Shown one piece after another: positions 9,311-18,952 of a stretch of DNA of 64,000 bases. Under the pieces are notes generated by a model. It had not been told where the DNA came from. It searched no databases and saw only the letters and a list, made by a program, of their open reading frames with translations. How positions within the stretch are numbered: the first letter of the stretch is position 1; the number at the start of each line of letters is the position of its first letter. Both the position numbers and the translations under genes were made by a program. The stretch comes from a virus (lineage: Duplodnaviria; Caudoviricetes): IMG/VR virus record IMGVR_UViG_3300036770_008730; one strand, given 5' to 3'.

Positions 9311-10552
9311 ATGAGTCAAGCTTCAGTAGTCAAATTATCAGAATTATCAAATTACACACATTTAACAAAAAATATTGAAGAAAAGAAGTCTATATTACAA
9401 TTTTTGCCTAAATGTCTTGATACTATATCCAGTACAAAACATATTAACCATAATGGGCAAAAGTTAAAAACCGCCTATATTATTGATATTGTTCATAATT
9501 TAGTCTTAAAATACTATTTTAGAAAAGAAAATAAATTTAATCTTTCATCTATTATTCTAAAAGAAAAATATGGATATCTTTATAATTATTATATTGATTA
9601 TTTGGTCTCTAAAAATATTTTGATTCTAATATCTAAACACCTTAAAGGTAAAAGTTCAAGAGTTTACTCTATATATGATACAATTCTCAAAGGTGAAATT
9701 AATAGATTTATTAATGAGGATAAGGTTATCCTTAAAAAATATAAACAGAAAATAAACCAATTATCATTTGAGGATGTTGTTCCTGAAATGAGTCTAATAG
9801 AACCTCAAATAAAATTAAAACTAATAGATGATTTATTCAGTGTTAAAATAGAATTTGATAGGTCTATTTTTTATCTCGAAAATCTAAAAAATGATGATAT
9901 TGACTTATACAATAGGAATAGATATTCCGTTGAATGTATAAATGGTAATCACATTTTTTATCATTTTGATAACTACGGCAGAATGCACACTAATTTTACT
10001 ATTTTGAAGTCATTTATTAGAAAAAATTGCCTACTTATAGATAATGAAGAAACATTTGAGATTGATATAAAAAATAGTCAACCCCTATTCCTTGCTAAAT
10101 TAATAGAAATTTCATCAACTAAGTGGGTTAAAAAAGAAGAGTTTGAGTTATTTAAATATCTTACATTAAATGGAAAATACTATGAATATCTTCAGAATGC
10201 ATTCTCTATATCAGAAAAAAAAGAAGTCAAAGAGTTGACTTATAAAGTTTTATTCGGTAGAAATAATGTTAATAGTAAATCTGATAAATTATTTTCTTCT
10301 ATTTTTCCAACAATACACAATTTTATAAAATTGTATAAAAAGGAAAATGGTGACTATAGAATTTTAGCTTATGATCTACAAAAAGCTGAAAGTAATTTGA
10401 TTTTCAATAAAATAATAAATTCAATAATGAATTCACATCCAGAAATCAAAGTTATAACGGTACATGATAGCATCATTGTTGCTAAAAAAAATCGACAAAC
10501 AGTTCAAGCCATATTTCATACAAAATTATTTGAAGAATTCGGTCTTATCTAA
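9311..10552 (+). CDS. Minimal PolA/T7-RNAP-superfamily polymerase-like protein
   Basis: YGRMHT (GR motif), EIDIKNSQP (motif A), KKEVKELTYKVLFG (motif B), DLQKAES and TVHDSII (motif C) in canonical order; no exonuclease domain. Confidence 0.6.
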   Translation: MSQASVVKLSELSNYTHLTKNIEEKKSILQFLPKCLDTISSTKHINHNGQKLKTAYIIDIVHNLVLKYYFRKENKFNLSSIILKEKYGYLYNYYIDYLVSKNILILISKHLKGKSSRVYSIYDTILKGEINRFINEDKVILKKYKQKINQLSFEDVVPEMSLIEPQIKLKLIDDLFSVKIEFDRSIFYLENLKNDDIDLYNRNRYSVECINGNHIFYHFDNYGRMHTNFTILKSFIRKNCLLIDNEETFEIDIKNSQPLFLAKLIEISSTKWVKKEEFELFKYLTLNGKYYEYLQNAFSISEKKEVKELTYKVLFGRNNVNSKSDKLFSSIFPTIHNFIKLYKKENGDYRILAYDLQKAESNLIFNKIINSIMNSHPEIKVITVHDSIIVAKKNRQTVQAIFHTKLFEEFGLI

Positions 10553-10569
10553 TTTAATATATAATAAGT

Positions 10570-11109
10570 ATGCTAGAATTAGAAAAACCTAATGCTTGTT
10601 TTGCTATTATCTCATCTCAAAAATTGAATGATATAATATCTGTTTTATATGCAAAAGAATATCAAATCATTCCAATCCAAGGTTACTATCACGGTCAATA
10701 TGAAGACTCCGTAATCGCCTTTGGTAGAGTCGATAATGATACTTTAAGACAGGATATACTTCAATTATTAAATATTTTTCATCAGGATTGTGCAATAATC
10801 AAATACTTAGGAGAAACAGGTGCTAAAAAGTTATTTAGCGATGGTCAAGAGAAACCACTTGGTATAGTAATGTATAATACGGATTCTGATAATATTTCCT
10901 ATCTTTATAACGGAACTTCATTTTCATTTGTGGAATCGGTAAGATATTGGAAGCCAACTAAAAAGGAAGATTTTAGAATTGGAATGTTAGTTGAATACTT
11001 TAATAATAATAAATGGTATCAAAAAGAAGTTAAGAATCCAAACGAAGATTATGAGAAATTCTTCAAGCTATTAATTAAGTATGATAAATTAAGAGTTGTT
11101 GCTAAATAA
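10570..11109 (+). CDS. Hypothetical protein
   Basis: 179-aa ORF after TAATATATA (10555-10563). Confidence 0.7.
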   Translation: MLELEKPNACFAIISSQKLNDIISVLYAKEYQIIPIQGYYHGQYEDSVIAFGRVDNDTLRQDILQLLNIFHQDCAIIKYLGETGAKKLFSDGQEKPLGIVMYNTDSDNISYLYNGTSFSFVESVRYWKPTKKEDFRIGMLVEYFNNNKWYQKEVKNPNEDYEKFFKLLIKYDKLRVVAK

Positions 11110-11839
11110 TATTAAACCAGTTTATTTGTCTTTCCCAGTTAGGTGTAAATCCTAAATAATATCTCATTTCATTTATAGAGTTTACTAAATTTATTCCTAT
11201 ATTAGGTTGATTTTCAACTCTCATTACTATCACTTTATTTGGAGATATTTTATTTGTTGGAATTAAATCCATACCCATCATACTACCTTGTGATATACCT
11301 TTTTGTTGTAAAATAAAAGGATTTCTAATTTTTAGTATTTGCCAAGCTTCTAGTCCCAAAATAACTGTTTTAGCTGGACCCAATCTACTTTTCATAGATA
11401 CATGATGACTTAGTTGATTAATTTTACTACTAATACTTTGTGATAAAGATTCTAAATCACTTATTCTATTTACATCACCTAGTTGAGATTTAGTAGATGT
11501 TTGATTTTCTAATTCTCCCAATATATCATTGAGTATATCAGATGGATCTAAATAATTTTTCGCATTTAGTGTTATTGTCTTTACTACTGGTTGAATAGAT
11601 GACGGATATTCTGAAAAATCTAATGATGGTGTGTTATAATCATCAATGGCTTTTTCTTCTGTATTATTAAGTAGAGCATCAATTCTATTGTCTCTCTTTT
11701 TTCTTTTGTAGGAGGCAAGCCATTCCTCATTAGTGGTCTCTATCATATCCATATAGGTGAGTTGAGCCAACTTTTGATTTTTGGATTTGTTTTCTACATA
11801 GTTAGAAACCAATTTGATATCATCCAATGATACTTTCAT
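11102..11839 (-). CDS. Hypothetical protein with a major-capsid-like segment and RxxRI motif
   Basis: ISSKINQLSHHVSMKSRLGPAKTVIL resembles the gp23-family RI..AN.IA..TRRG.GN motif; KRDNRIDALL near the N-terminus. Confidence 0.45.
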   Translation of the reverse strand: MKVSLDDIKLVSNYVENKSKNQKLAQLTYMDMIETTNEEWLASYKRKKRDNRIDALLNNTEEKAIDDYNTPSLDFSEYPSSIQPVVKTITLNAKNYLDPSDILNDILGELENQTSTKSQLGDVNRISDLESLSQSISSKINQLSHHVSMKSRLGPAKTVILGLEAWQILKIRNPFILQQKGISQGSMMGMDLIPTNKISPNKVIVMRVENQPNIGINLVNSINEMRYYLGFTPNWERQINWFNII

Positions 11840-12587
11840 ACTTATTCTTCATTCCTATTTTTTGGGATGAATTTATAGTTACTTTCATTAAATCTTCTTT
11901 GGACATTTCTGCTAATTTATTTAGCAATTGTAAATTTCTTTGATATAATTTCATGTCTGGTGCTGGTCTGTTATGATGTAAATGATAGCATTTGTATGGA
12001 AGTTCCATATAGTTTAAATAATGTTTAACTTTTATTGATACAAAATCATCTTCTCCTCCCCATCCGATAAAATCTTCATTCCAACCTCCAATTTTTTGAA
12101 TAGCGTCTCTTCTGAATAAACAGATACCTCCACATAATGGGACTTTCTGATGGTCAGTTTCGCCTCTACCTGGTCTAGAGATTTGTAAAATTTTATCTAG
12201 TGGTAGATTTGATTCTTGTGGCTCTAAATCAACAACTGATTTGTATGGATTTACCATTTCATAGTCAGACATCAATTTTAGTGCTTCAATTAGATGATTT
12301 GGATCCATTATTAAGTCTGAATCAGCATAAACAATTATATTTGATTTAGCTTGTTTCATTGCGATATTGAATGCCCAAGATTTGTTATAAGGAGCCTGAC
12401 TTTTAAGAAAAATATGTTTTGCTTTTAAATTTAAGTGAGAAATTTTGGAGTGTTTATCTTGTTCAATAAGAAGAACTTCAACGCCTCCGAATCCGTTAAT
12501 CCAATCTAAAACTCTTCTTAGGTTATTAAGTCTATCTGGAATGTGTCTGTATCCTATTACATAGGTGAATGAATATGGTTGTACCAT
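11820..12587 (-). CDS. GT-A glycosyltransferase (GT2/GT7-like galactosyltransferase domain)
   Basis: YNKSWAFNIA, YADSDL (DxD), GGWNEDFIGWGGEDD, CYHLHH. Confidence 0.85.
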   Translation of the reverse strand: MVQPYSFTYVIGYRHIPDRLNNLRRVLDWINGFGGVEVLLIEQDKHSKISHLNLKAKHIFLKSQAPYNKSWAFNIAMKQAKSNIIVYADSDLIMDPNHLIEALKLMSDYEMVNPYKSVVDLEPQESNLPLDKILQISRPGRGETDHQKVPLCGGICLFRRDAIQKIGGWNEDFIGWGGEDDFVSIKVKHYLNYMELPYKCYHLHHNRPAPDMKLYQRNLQLLNKLAEMSKEDLMKVTINSSQKIGMKNKYESIIG

Positions 12588-12776
12588 TTTGAATATTATT
12601 TTTTATTTATATATCATGTATATTTGTTTGTTTAAATAAATAAAAAGGGTATATAACAATTAATTTGTAATATATAAAAAGAATTGAAAATAATAGTAGT
12701 GATTTTAGATATTATTGTATAGGTTTAATTTTACAAACTATTAATTCTTCAAATTTTGAGGTATGAGGAACTGGTT

Positions 12777-13664
12777 ATGAATATATTAGTAGGTAATAAT
12801 GGATTTTCCTATCCAGGTGGTAGTGAGACATATAATTTTTCACTCATAGAGTCTTTTGTTAAAAAAGGTCACAATGTAGTTGCTATAGCCAAGAATGGAC
12901 CGGGTATGGTTTCAAAAAAATTAAATGAAATAGGTGTTGAAGTTTATTTTGGTGAAATTGATGGATGTTTTGATATTTGTCTACTCTCTCACTCCACTAG
13001 TATAGAGCTTGCTAAGAGAGTTAAGGGATTTAAAGTGCAGACTTGTCATGGTGTTTATCCTTCTTTGGAACAACCGGTAAAGGGTATGGATGCTTATGTT
13101 TCAATAAGTGAGGAAGTTCAAGAACACTTAAATAAAAAAGGTTATGTGTCATTAGTGATTAGAAATGGTGTAAATCATGATAGATTTTATTCAAAAAAAC
13201 CAATTAATAGAGAATTGAAAGTGGTTTTGTCATTAGCACAGAGTGATGAGGCTAATGAAATTATACAGAAGTGTTGTTCTTTAATTGGATGTGAGTTGAT
13301 AACATTGAATAAATTTAAAGAAAGAAAATGGAATGTAGAAGATGTAATTAATGAGAGTGATTTAGTTATATCTCTTGGTAGAGGTGCCTATGAATCCATG
13401 GCTTGTGGTAGAAACTTAGTTATATTTGATAAGAGAAATTATATGGAATCAGTTGGTGATGGTTTTGTAACTGGTGATAATGTTACTGATTATATAAAAA
13501 ACAATTGTAGTGGAAGATTTAGTAACATTAAATATGATTATCGTCTATTGGCTGATGAAGTTAGTAAGTATGATGCTAAGTATGGTGACCAATTGAAGAA
13601 TTTTTCACTTAATGAGTTGAATATAGATAATCAATCTGAAAAATATTTAAATATTCTAAAATGA
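12777..13664 (+). CDS. GT-B (GT4-like) glycosyltransferase
   Basis: ATG 12777 MNILVG; GGSETY, VIRNGVNHDRF, SDLVISLGRGAYESMACG. Confidence 0.75.
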   Translation: MNILVGNNGFSYPGGSETYNFSLIESFVKKGHNVVAIAKNGPGMVSKKLNEIGVEVYFGEIDGCFDICLLSHSTSIELAKRVKGFKVQTCHGVYPSLEQPVKGMDAYVSISEEVQEHLNKKGYVSLVIRNGVNHDRFYSKKPINRELKVVLSLAQSDEANEIIQKCCSLIGCELITLNKFKERKWNVEDVINESDLVISLGRGAYESMACGRNLVIFDKRNYMESVGDGFVTGDNVTDYIKNNCSGRFSNIKYDYRLLADEVSKYDAKYGDQLKNFSLNELNIDNQSEKYLNILK

Positions 13665-14359
13665 GAGTAGTTATATTAATATTATCTAAACAAGATGATA
13701 TTTTATATTCTAAATTAGAGAGTTCAATTAGATCAACTTGGGGTAATTATTTATCCGATAATATTGATATTTTTTACTATTATGGTAGCTCTGATGAATT
13801 CAAAGTGGTAGATGATAAAATATATTCAAAACATACAGATTCAATTATAAATATTGGCTATAAAACAATAGATGCTTTTGAATACTTATATAATAATATA
13901 GAATTTAATTATTTGTATAGAACAAATAGTAGTAGCTATATAAATATTAAAAAGATGATGGACTTTATCAGAGAAAAGCCATTGACAAATTTTTATTCTG
14001 CTCGTGTTAATATTGAAAATAAAAGTGGTGTAAAATTTGGAAGTGGAAGCGGATATTTTATATCCAAAGATATAGTCAAGTTTGTTATAGAAAATAAAAT
14101 AAAATGGAATCATAATTTAATAGATGATGTGGCATTAGGATCTTTATTATTAAATAATGGTTTTAATTTAACTCCTTGCTCGAGATTGGATATAGATGAT
14201 ATAAAAAATGACGAGATATTCTACAACTCATCAATTGTTGATAAATCTCACTTAGATTTGAATTTTCACTTTCGTTGTAAATCTAAGGATAAAAATAGAG
14301 AAACAGATGTTAAGATAATGAGATATTTATATGATTATTTTAACTCAGGGATAAAGTAA
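13661..14359 (+). CDS. Galactosyltransferase-like (GT31-type) protein
   Basis: SIRSTWG, YKTIDAF, YLYRTNSSSYIN, GSGSGYFISKD, IDDVALG. Confidence 0.65.
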   Translation: MRVVILILSKQDDILYSKLESSIRSTWGNYLSDNIDIFYYYGSSDEFKVVDDKIYSKHTDSIINIGYKTIDAFEYLYNNIEFNYLYRTNSSSYINIKKMMDFIREKPLTNFYSARVNIENKSGVKFGSGSGYFISKDIVKFVIENKIKWNHNLIDDVALGSLLLNNGFNLTPCSRLDIDDIKNDEIFYNSSIVDKSHLDLNFHFRCKSKDKNRETDVKIMRYLYDYFNSGIK

Positions 14360-15181
14360 TCTAAATGAATCATCAACTTGTTCAATTTTAAAAATTTTAG
14401 AAGACTTTGAATTGATTATTAAATCTGGATGATTTCCCCATTTTTTGAAGTTAAACTCAATAAGATTTATTTTTGAGTTTTTAACTCTATCTATTTCTAT
14501 TCTTTTTGATTCTTCTTCTTGTATATTTGGATTTAACCATCTCCAGTAACTACCTTCATATCCACTTAAATAATATTCACACATTCTCCTTCTATATGCT
14601 ATTTTCTCAATAGATTTTAAATTATTTGTGTGTATAAAAAAGTAGTTTTTATTAAGACTAGTTTTTTGTGGATAACAGTATTTAAAATCTTTGTCAAAAT
14701 TTGGATAGTCTGGATATCTTTCTGTTCTTATAAATCTTGATTTTTTTCTATTAAATAGGTAACATTCTGGTCCAAATGTCTCTTTTTCTTCTGTGTAGTG
14801 ATATATGTCACCTGATAGGTTAGGACCTGATAATATATATCCATCATATGATTCTCTATTTGATTGGCAAAATTCAAAAAGTTTGTATATATCATCATAT
14901 GCTATAAAATCAGCATCCCATCTAATTACAAAATCATTTGTTGATTTATTTAATGCAAAATTCTTTAAATCTCCTAAATTAGTTAATTTATGATCTTTAA
15001 ATTCAAATATTTTTATATTTGTATATTTTTTTGATAGTTCCTCAACTATTTGCAAAGAACCATCTGATGAATTATCATCAACATAAATTATCTCATTTAC
15101 TAATTCCACAATAGAAAGTATTGATTCCTTTATCCAATATCTTTCATTATTACAAACAATATTCGCCGATATATTATACAT
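14345..15181 (-). CDS. GT2-family glycosyltransferase
   Basis: CNNERYWIKESI, YVDDNSSDGS, NFALN, RWDADF. Confidence 0.8.
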   Translation of the reverse strand: MYNISANIVCNNERYWIKESILSIVELVNEIIYVDDNSSDGSLQIVEELSKKYTNIKIFEFKDHKLTNLGDLKNFALNKSTNDFVIRWDADFIAYDDIYKLFEFCQSNRESYDGYILSGPNLSGDIYHYTEEKETFGPECYLFNRKKSRFIRTERYPDYPNFDKDFKYCYPQKTSLNKNYFFIHTNNLKSIEKIAYRRRMCEYYLSGYEGSYWRWLNPNIQEEESKRIEIDRVKNSKINLIEFNFKKWGNHPDLIINSKSSKIFKIEQVDDSFRLLYP

Positions 15182-17963
15182 AGTTAATTAAGTTCCATCT
15201 CATTATTGATGAATGTTTAGTGTTATCTCTACCTTCTCTTATTTCTGATTCACTTACATCTGCAATACAGATGTTTGGGTAGAATGTGAAACATTTTCTG
15301 TAATGTTGTATCTGTAAATCACTTAGAATATTATCTATTGATTTTGTAGGAAATCTCAGAATATCTATTATTTCATCATATATTGATGAGTCAATTGCAT
15401 ATGCGAATGTTCCAAGACACTTCTTAGATAAATAGAAGTCCTCATTATACATTTCAATATTCCAGTCATATTGGCTTGTTCCAAAATACAATAGCTTCCA
15501 CTCTTTTATATTTCTTAACTTTTGAATAGATATGTTTATGTTTTCAGATATTAAAACATCATCTTCAAAAATTAAAATTCTCTTATAGTTTTTTTCTTTT
15601 GCGATTTTTATAATTTCTAGATGACTTAATAGACAACCGAGAGCAAATTTATTCTCTATCATGCCTTTTCCAGGTATAAATTTTGAATTATCAAATCTAA
15701 GATTATTTCCATCAACCGCTGAAAATCTTTCATATTGAATTTTCATCTTTTTTAATTTACTGTCAACTTTTTCAAGTTTATCAGCTCTTCTGTCTAAATT
15801 AATGACAAATACCTTATCAAAATAAGTATTGATATCTATTATGTTATCATCTTCGTCTCTCTCTTCAAAATACTGACTGAGTTCCTCTTCAATCATTTTG
15901 TTTTTTAAAGTCCATAGTCCGTTTTCATCTTTATTCAAGTCAAATTCAGGATTAAAATCATATTTTGTTAAAATATTATATCTTTCATTATATTTTCTAT
16001 TTGACATTTGACCGTGATATAAGTGTGTAATTCTTCCAGATACAAAATCTACTGATTTATTAACAACTTGTATAGCCTTATTTGACCAGTCTATGTAATG
16101 TTTTTTCCAACTTTCATTCATCTGATTTACAATTCCTGTATTGTTATTTCCTAAAAATGAATTACACATTAGAGAATCACCACCTCCTATTATTTGTGTA
16201 TCTAAGAAGCCAATTTCTTCTAAAACTTCTCTTCTCGCTGCCCATGCAAATCCTGGTATACCCAATGATATATTTAGATCCACTTTCTTTATTTCACTTA
16301 TTCTACTTATAATTCCTCTTGATATAGAACCAACCTCATCCTTTTCGTTCAATCTGTCAGCAAATTCATATAATTGAACTACCTTACAATTCTCAAGTTT
16401 TTTGTTACATTCCTCAACCCAGTTTGGATTATTGAATAAGATATCACAGTCAATCCAAGCTATATTTGTATATTCTTTAGGTATTTTTTCTAGTAATATG
16501 TTTAACAATCTTTCTTTTTGCCATAGAACATTGTTTTTATTTCCATTAATTTTTATTGTATTTTTATCATTGCAGTAAAACTCACCATCAAATGATAATT
16601 CTATTGTAAATAAATCTGCCTTTTCTTTTATTTTTTTTGAAAAAATTGAGTAATTGTATTTTATGTTTATATAACTTTTTGGATTGAAAAAAGTAGTGAT
16701 TACTGCTAATTTCGAGTCTATTTTAGACCTGACTTCCTTTATTAAAGGAGTTTGTTTTTTTTCAATTTCCAACATTTTTTTACTTATTAAATCCTCATCT
16801 ATAAATTTTGGACTTTTTCTTCCTCTCCAGTTTTTAGACTTTCTACCTAGGTGAATACAATTTGTTATGGTGATATTCTTTTGGAATAATTTTTTAAATT
16901 CTATATCTTGATGAAAAAAAGTTCCTTCAGTGTATATTTCTGAATAAGGATTACACTTTGATACATTAGGTGAGTTTATGTTAAATAAATGAAAAAATCC
17001 ATAACCATGATCTTTCTCTTTTTCTCCTAGAAAATCAATTGGTATTTCATTTCTAATAAATTTATCTACCTCATTATAATCCTGACAAATGTGTCTACTT
17101 GATGTGTAAATAGTATCTCTTTCTAATTTTTCAACATTAAAATCTTCTATTAATAAGATATCCGCATCCAAAAGTAAAATCCAATCAGGATCATTCAGAG
17201 TATTTATGGCTTCGTTTATTGCCTTACCTTTATTGAACCCCTTTTCATTTTCAAACATACAGTTTGTTACTAAACATCTTACTTCGAATTTTTTGCATAT
17301 TTCTTGACACTTATAATCAATTTCTGAAGTAACAACGGTTATATTTTTTAAGTATTTTCTATTATGTTCAAGACATAAAATTAATGTATCGTTATAATCT
17401 ACTGATACTATAATGGTGTCTATTTTTCTGACTTCTGTTTCTACTAATTTGTTTGTGTATCTTTGACCTTTTACTCTAGTGGTCTCACTTTTGACTGTAT
17501 TAATAGATGGTTTGTTTAAGTTTGATGTTATTTTGAAAGATTCTGATATCTTCTCATGTGAGATATCGATTTTTTTTCCAATAATGCAATCAATAACTTC
17601 AGTGTATTTTTTTATGAAATTATGAGGATTAAAAATTATGAATTCATATTCACCATTTGATAATTTAAAAAATGTCTCCTTATCTTGAATTTTATTATAC
17701 TTTGCTAAGTTATAGTTAAAAATTTGATTCCATAATGACCAACAAATTATTTGATTTGGAAACAAACTGATAACCTTCTCTGTGTGACTAGATTCCGTAG
17801 AAATTTTATTAAAAACAATAATTCTATTATTGTTACTCAAATAATTTGAGTCTGTAAATACTACAATATTCGAGATTAGCTTATTTTTTAAATTACTATC
17901 TATTATATTTTGAAATAGTTTTTGATTAAACTCGTGTTGTTCTATTTTTGTTACTAGAATCAT
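15174..17963 (-). CDS. Multidomain glycosyltransferase (two GT-A domains plus C-terminal GT25)
   Basis: NKGKAINEAI..WILLLDAD; IAWIDCDILF..GGGD..HLYHG; VFVINLDRRADK..FSAVDG..GCLLSH..ILIFEDD. Confidence 0.8.
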   Translation of the reverse strand: MILVTKIEQHEFNQKLFQNIIDSNLKNKLISNIVVFTDSNYLSNNNRIIVFNKISTESSHTEKVISLFPNQIICWSLWNQIFNYNLAKYNKIQDKETFFKLSNGEYEFIIFNPHNFIKKYTEVIDCIIGKKIDISHEKISESFKITSNLNKPSINTVKSETTRVKGQRYTNKLVETEVRKIDTIIVSVDYNDTLILCLEHNRKYLKNITVVTSEIDYKCQEICKKFEVRCLVTNCMFENEKGFNKGKAINEAINTLNDPDWILLLDADILLIEDFNVEKLERDTIYTSSRHICQDYNEVDKFIRNEIPIDFLGEKEKDHGYGFFHLFNINSPNVSKCNPYSEIYTEGTFFHQDIEFKKLFQKNITITNCIHLGRKSKNWRGRKSPKFIDEDLISKKMLEIEKKQTPLIKEVRSKIDSKLAVITTFFNPKSYINIKYNYSIFSKKIKEKADLFTIELSFDGEFYCNDKNTIKINGNKNNVLWQKERLLNILLEKIPKEYTNIAWIDCDILFNNPNWVEECNKKLENCKVVQLYEFADRLNEKDEVGSISRGIISRISEIKKVDLNISLGIPGFAWAARREVLEEIGFLDTQIIGGGDSLMCNSFLGNNNTGIVNQMNESWKKHYIDWSNKAIQVVNKSVDFVSGRITHLYHGQMSNRKYNERYNILTKYDFNPEFDLNKDENGLWTLKNKMIEEELSQYFEERDEDDNIIDINTYFDKVFVINLDRRADKLEKVDSKLKKMKIQYERFSAVDGNNLRFDNSKFIPGKGMIENKFALGCLLSHLEIIKIAKEKNYKRILIFEDDVLISENINISIQKLRNIKEWKLLYFGTSQYDWNIEMYNEDFYLSKKCLGTFAYAIDSSIYDEIIDILRFPTKSIDNILSDLQIQHYRKCFTFYPNICIADVSESEIREGRDNTKHSSIMRWNLINYV

Positions 17964-17999
17964 ATTGAAATTATATATAAAAGAAAACCTCGTTTTCTA

Positions 18000-18398
18000 A
18001 TGAAATTTTTAGGTAGAAGTGAAAAAATAAATTTAATTGATCTACAAATTGATAAATTGAGTTGTAAGATTGATACTGGCGCATTTGGAAACGCCATTCA
18101 TTGTGATGATATAAAAATAATAGATGATAAACTTTCATTTAGAATTAATGATAAAAACTTCCTATTTGAAAAGTATAAAACAGTAATAGTCAAAAACTCT
18201 TTTGGCAAAAAACAAAAAAGATTTCTTATATTTACGAGAATTAAATTAGGTAACTCAATCTATAAAGTTTATCTTTCTTTGACCAATAGAAAAGATATGA
18301 GACATCCTATGTTAATTGGAAGAAGATTTCTTCATAAATTCGACTACTTAGTAAATGTGAAAGAAAAAAATACTTATGATAGAGCTAAAAAGGTGTAA
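18000..18398 (+). CDS. Retropepsin-like RimK-associated ('ATP-dependent zinc protease' family) peptidase
   Basis: KIDTGA, LTNRKDMRHPMLIGRRFL. Confidence 0.8.
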   Translation: MKFLGRSEKINLIDLQIDKLSCKIDTGAFGNAIHCDDIKIIDDKLSFRINDKNFLFEKYKTVIVKNSFGKKQKRFLIFTRIKLGNSIYKVYLSLTNRKDMRHPMLIGRRFLHKFDYLVNVKEKNTYDRAKKV

Positions 18399-18909
18399 TT
18401 ATATTACTGGTCAAGTCAACTCAGTTTCTTTTGGGATTTCTAAGATATTAGAATTCTTTGAATTGATTGGTAAGACTCCTATTTTCCTCTATAATAAAGA
18501 TAGTCAATTTCAACATTTCATTCATACTTCAAGAATTGAATTTGCAAATTTCAATGAATTCCAAGATATCTTATTAAACAAGTCAAATCTTTTTCGAGTT
18601 GATTTAGTAATTTGTGACCTTTGGCATCTAAAAAATGTTTCTCAAGTCTTATCATATAAGCAAAATCTAGATAGATTGAATATAGATTATATAATTATTA
18701 CTAATAAATACCACTATGTTGAGGGTGATCCAAATGTTAATATCTACAAAATAGAAACAGAATATACTGATAATAGTAATTGGCGTTCTGAGTCTAAATA
18801 TTGGATTAGTGAAATTATTTGTAACAGCAAGACAACTATGGATGATTTAGTACTTTCCTTCAAAAGAAATAAGAAAATAGATGATATTATAGACGATAAT
18901 AGTTGTTAA
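18376..18909 (+). CDS. Hypothetical protein with C-terminal RxxKI motif
   Basis: 177 aa ending FKRNKKIDDIIDD. Confidence 0.65.
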   Translation: MIELKRCNYITGQVNSVSFGISKILEFFELIGKTPIFLYNKDSQFQHFIHTSRIEFANFNEFQDILLNKSNLFRVDLVICDLWHLKNVSQVLSYKQNLDRLNIDYIIITNKYHYVEGDPNVNIYKIETEYTDNSNWRSESKYWISEIICNSKTTMDDLVLSFKRNKKIDDIIDDNSC

Positions 18910-18933
18910 ATTCAATTTTCTTTCTTATATTTG
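18903..18933 (+). promoter_or_regulatory. Bacteroidota-type housekeeping-sigma promoter TTG-N20-TATATTTG
   Basis: Matches the established -33 TTTG / -7 TAnnTTTG consensus, upstream of ATG 18953. Confidence 0.6.
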
Positions 18934-18952
18934 TATTAAATCTAAATAAATT

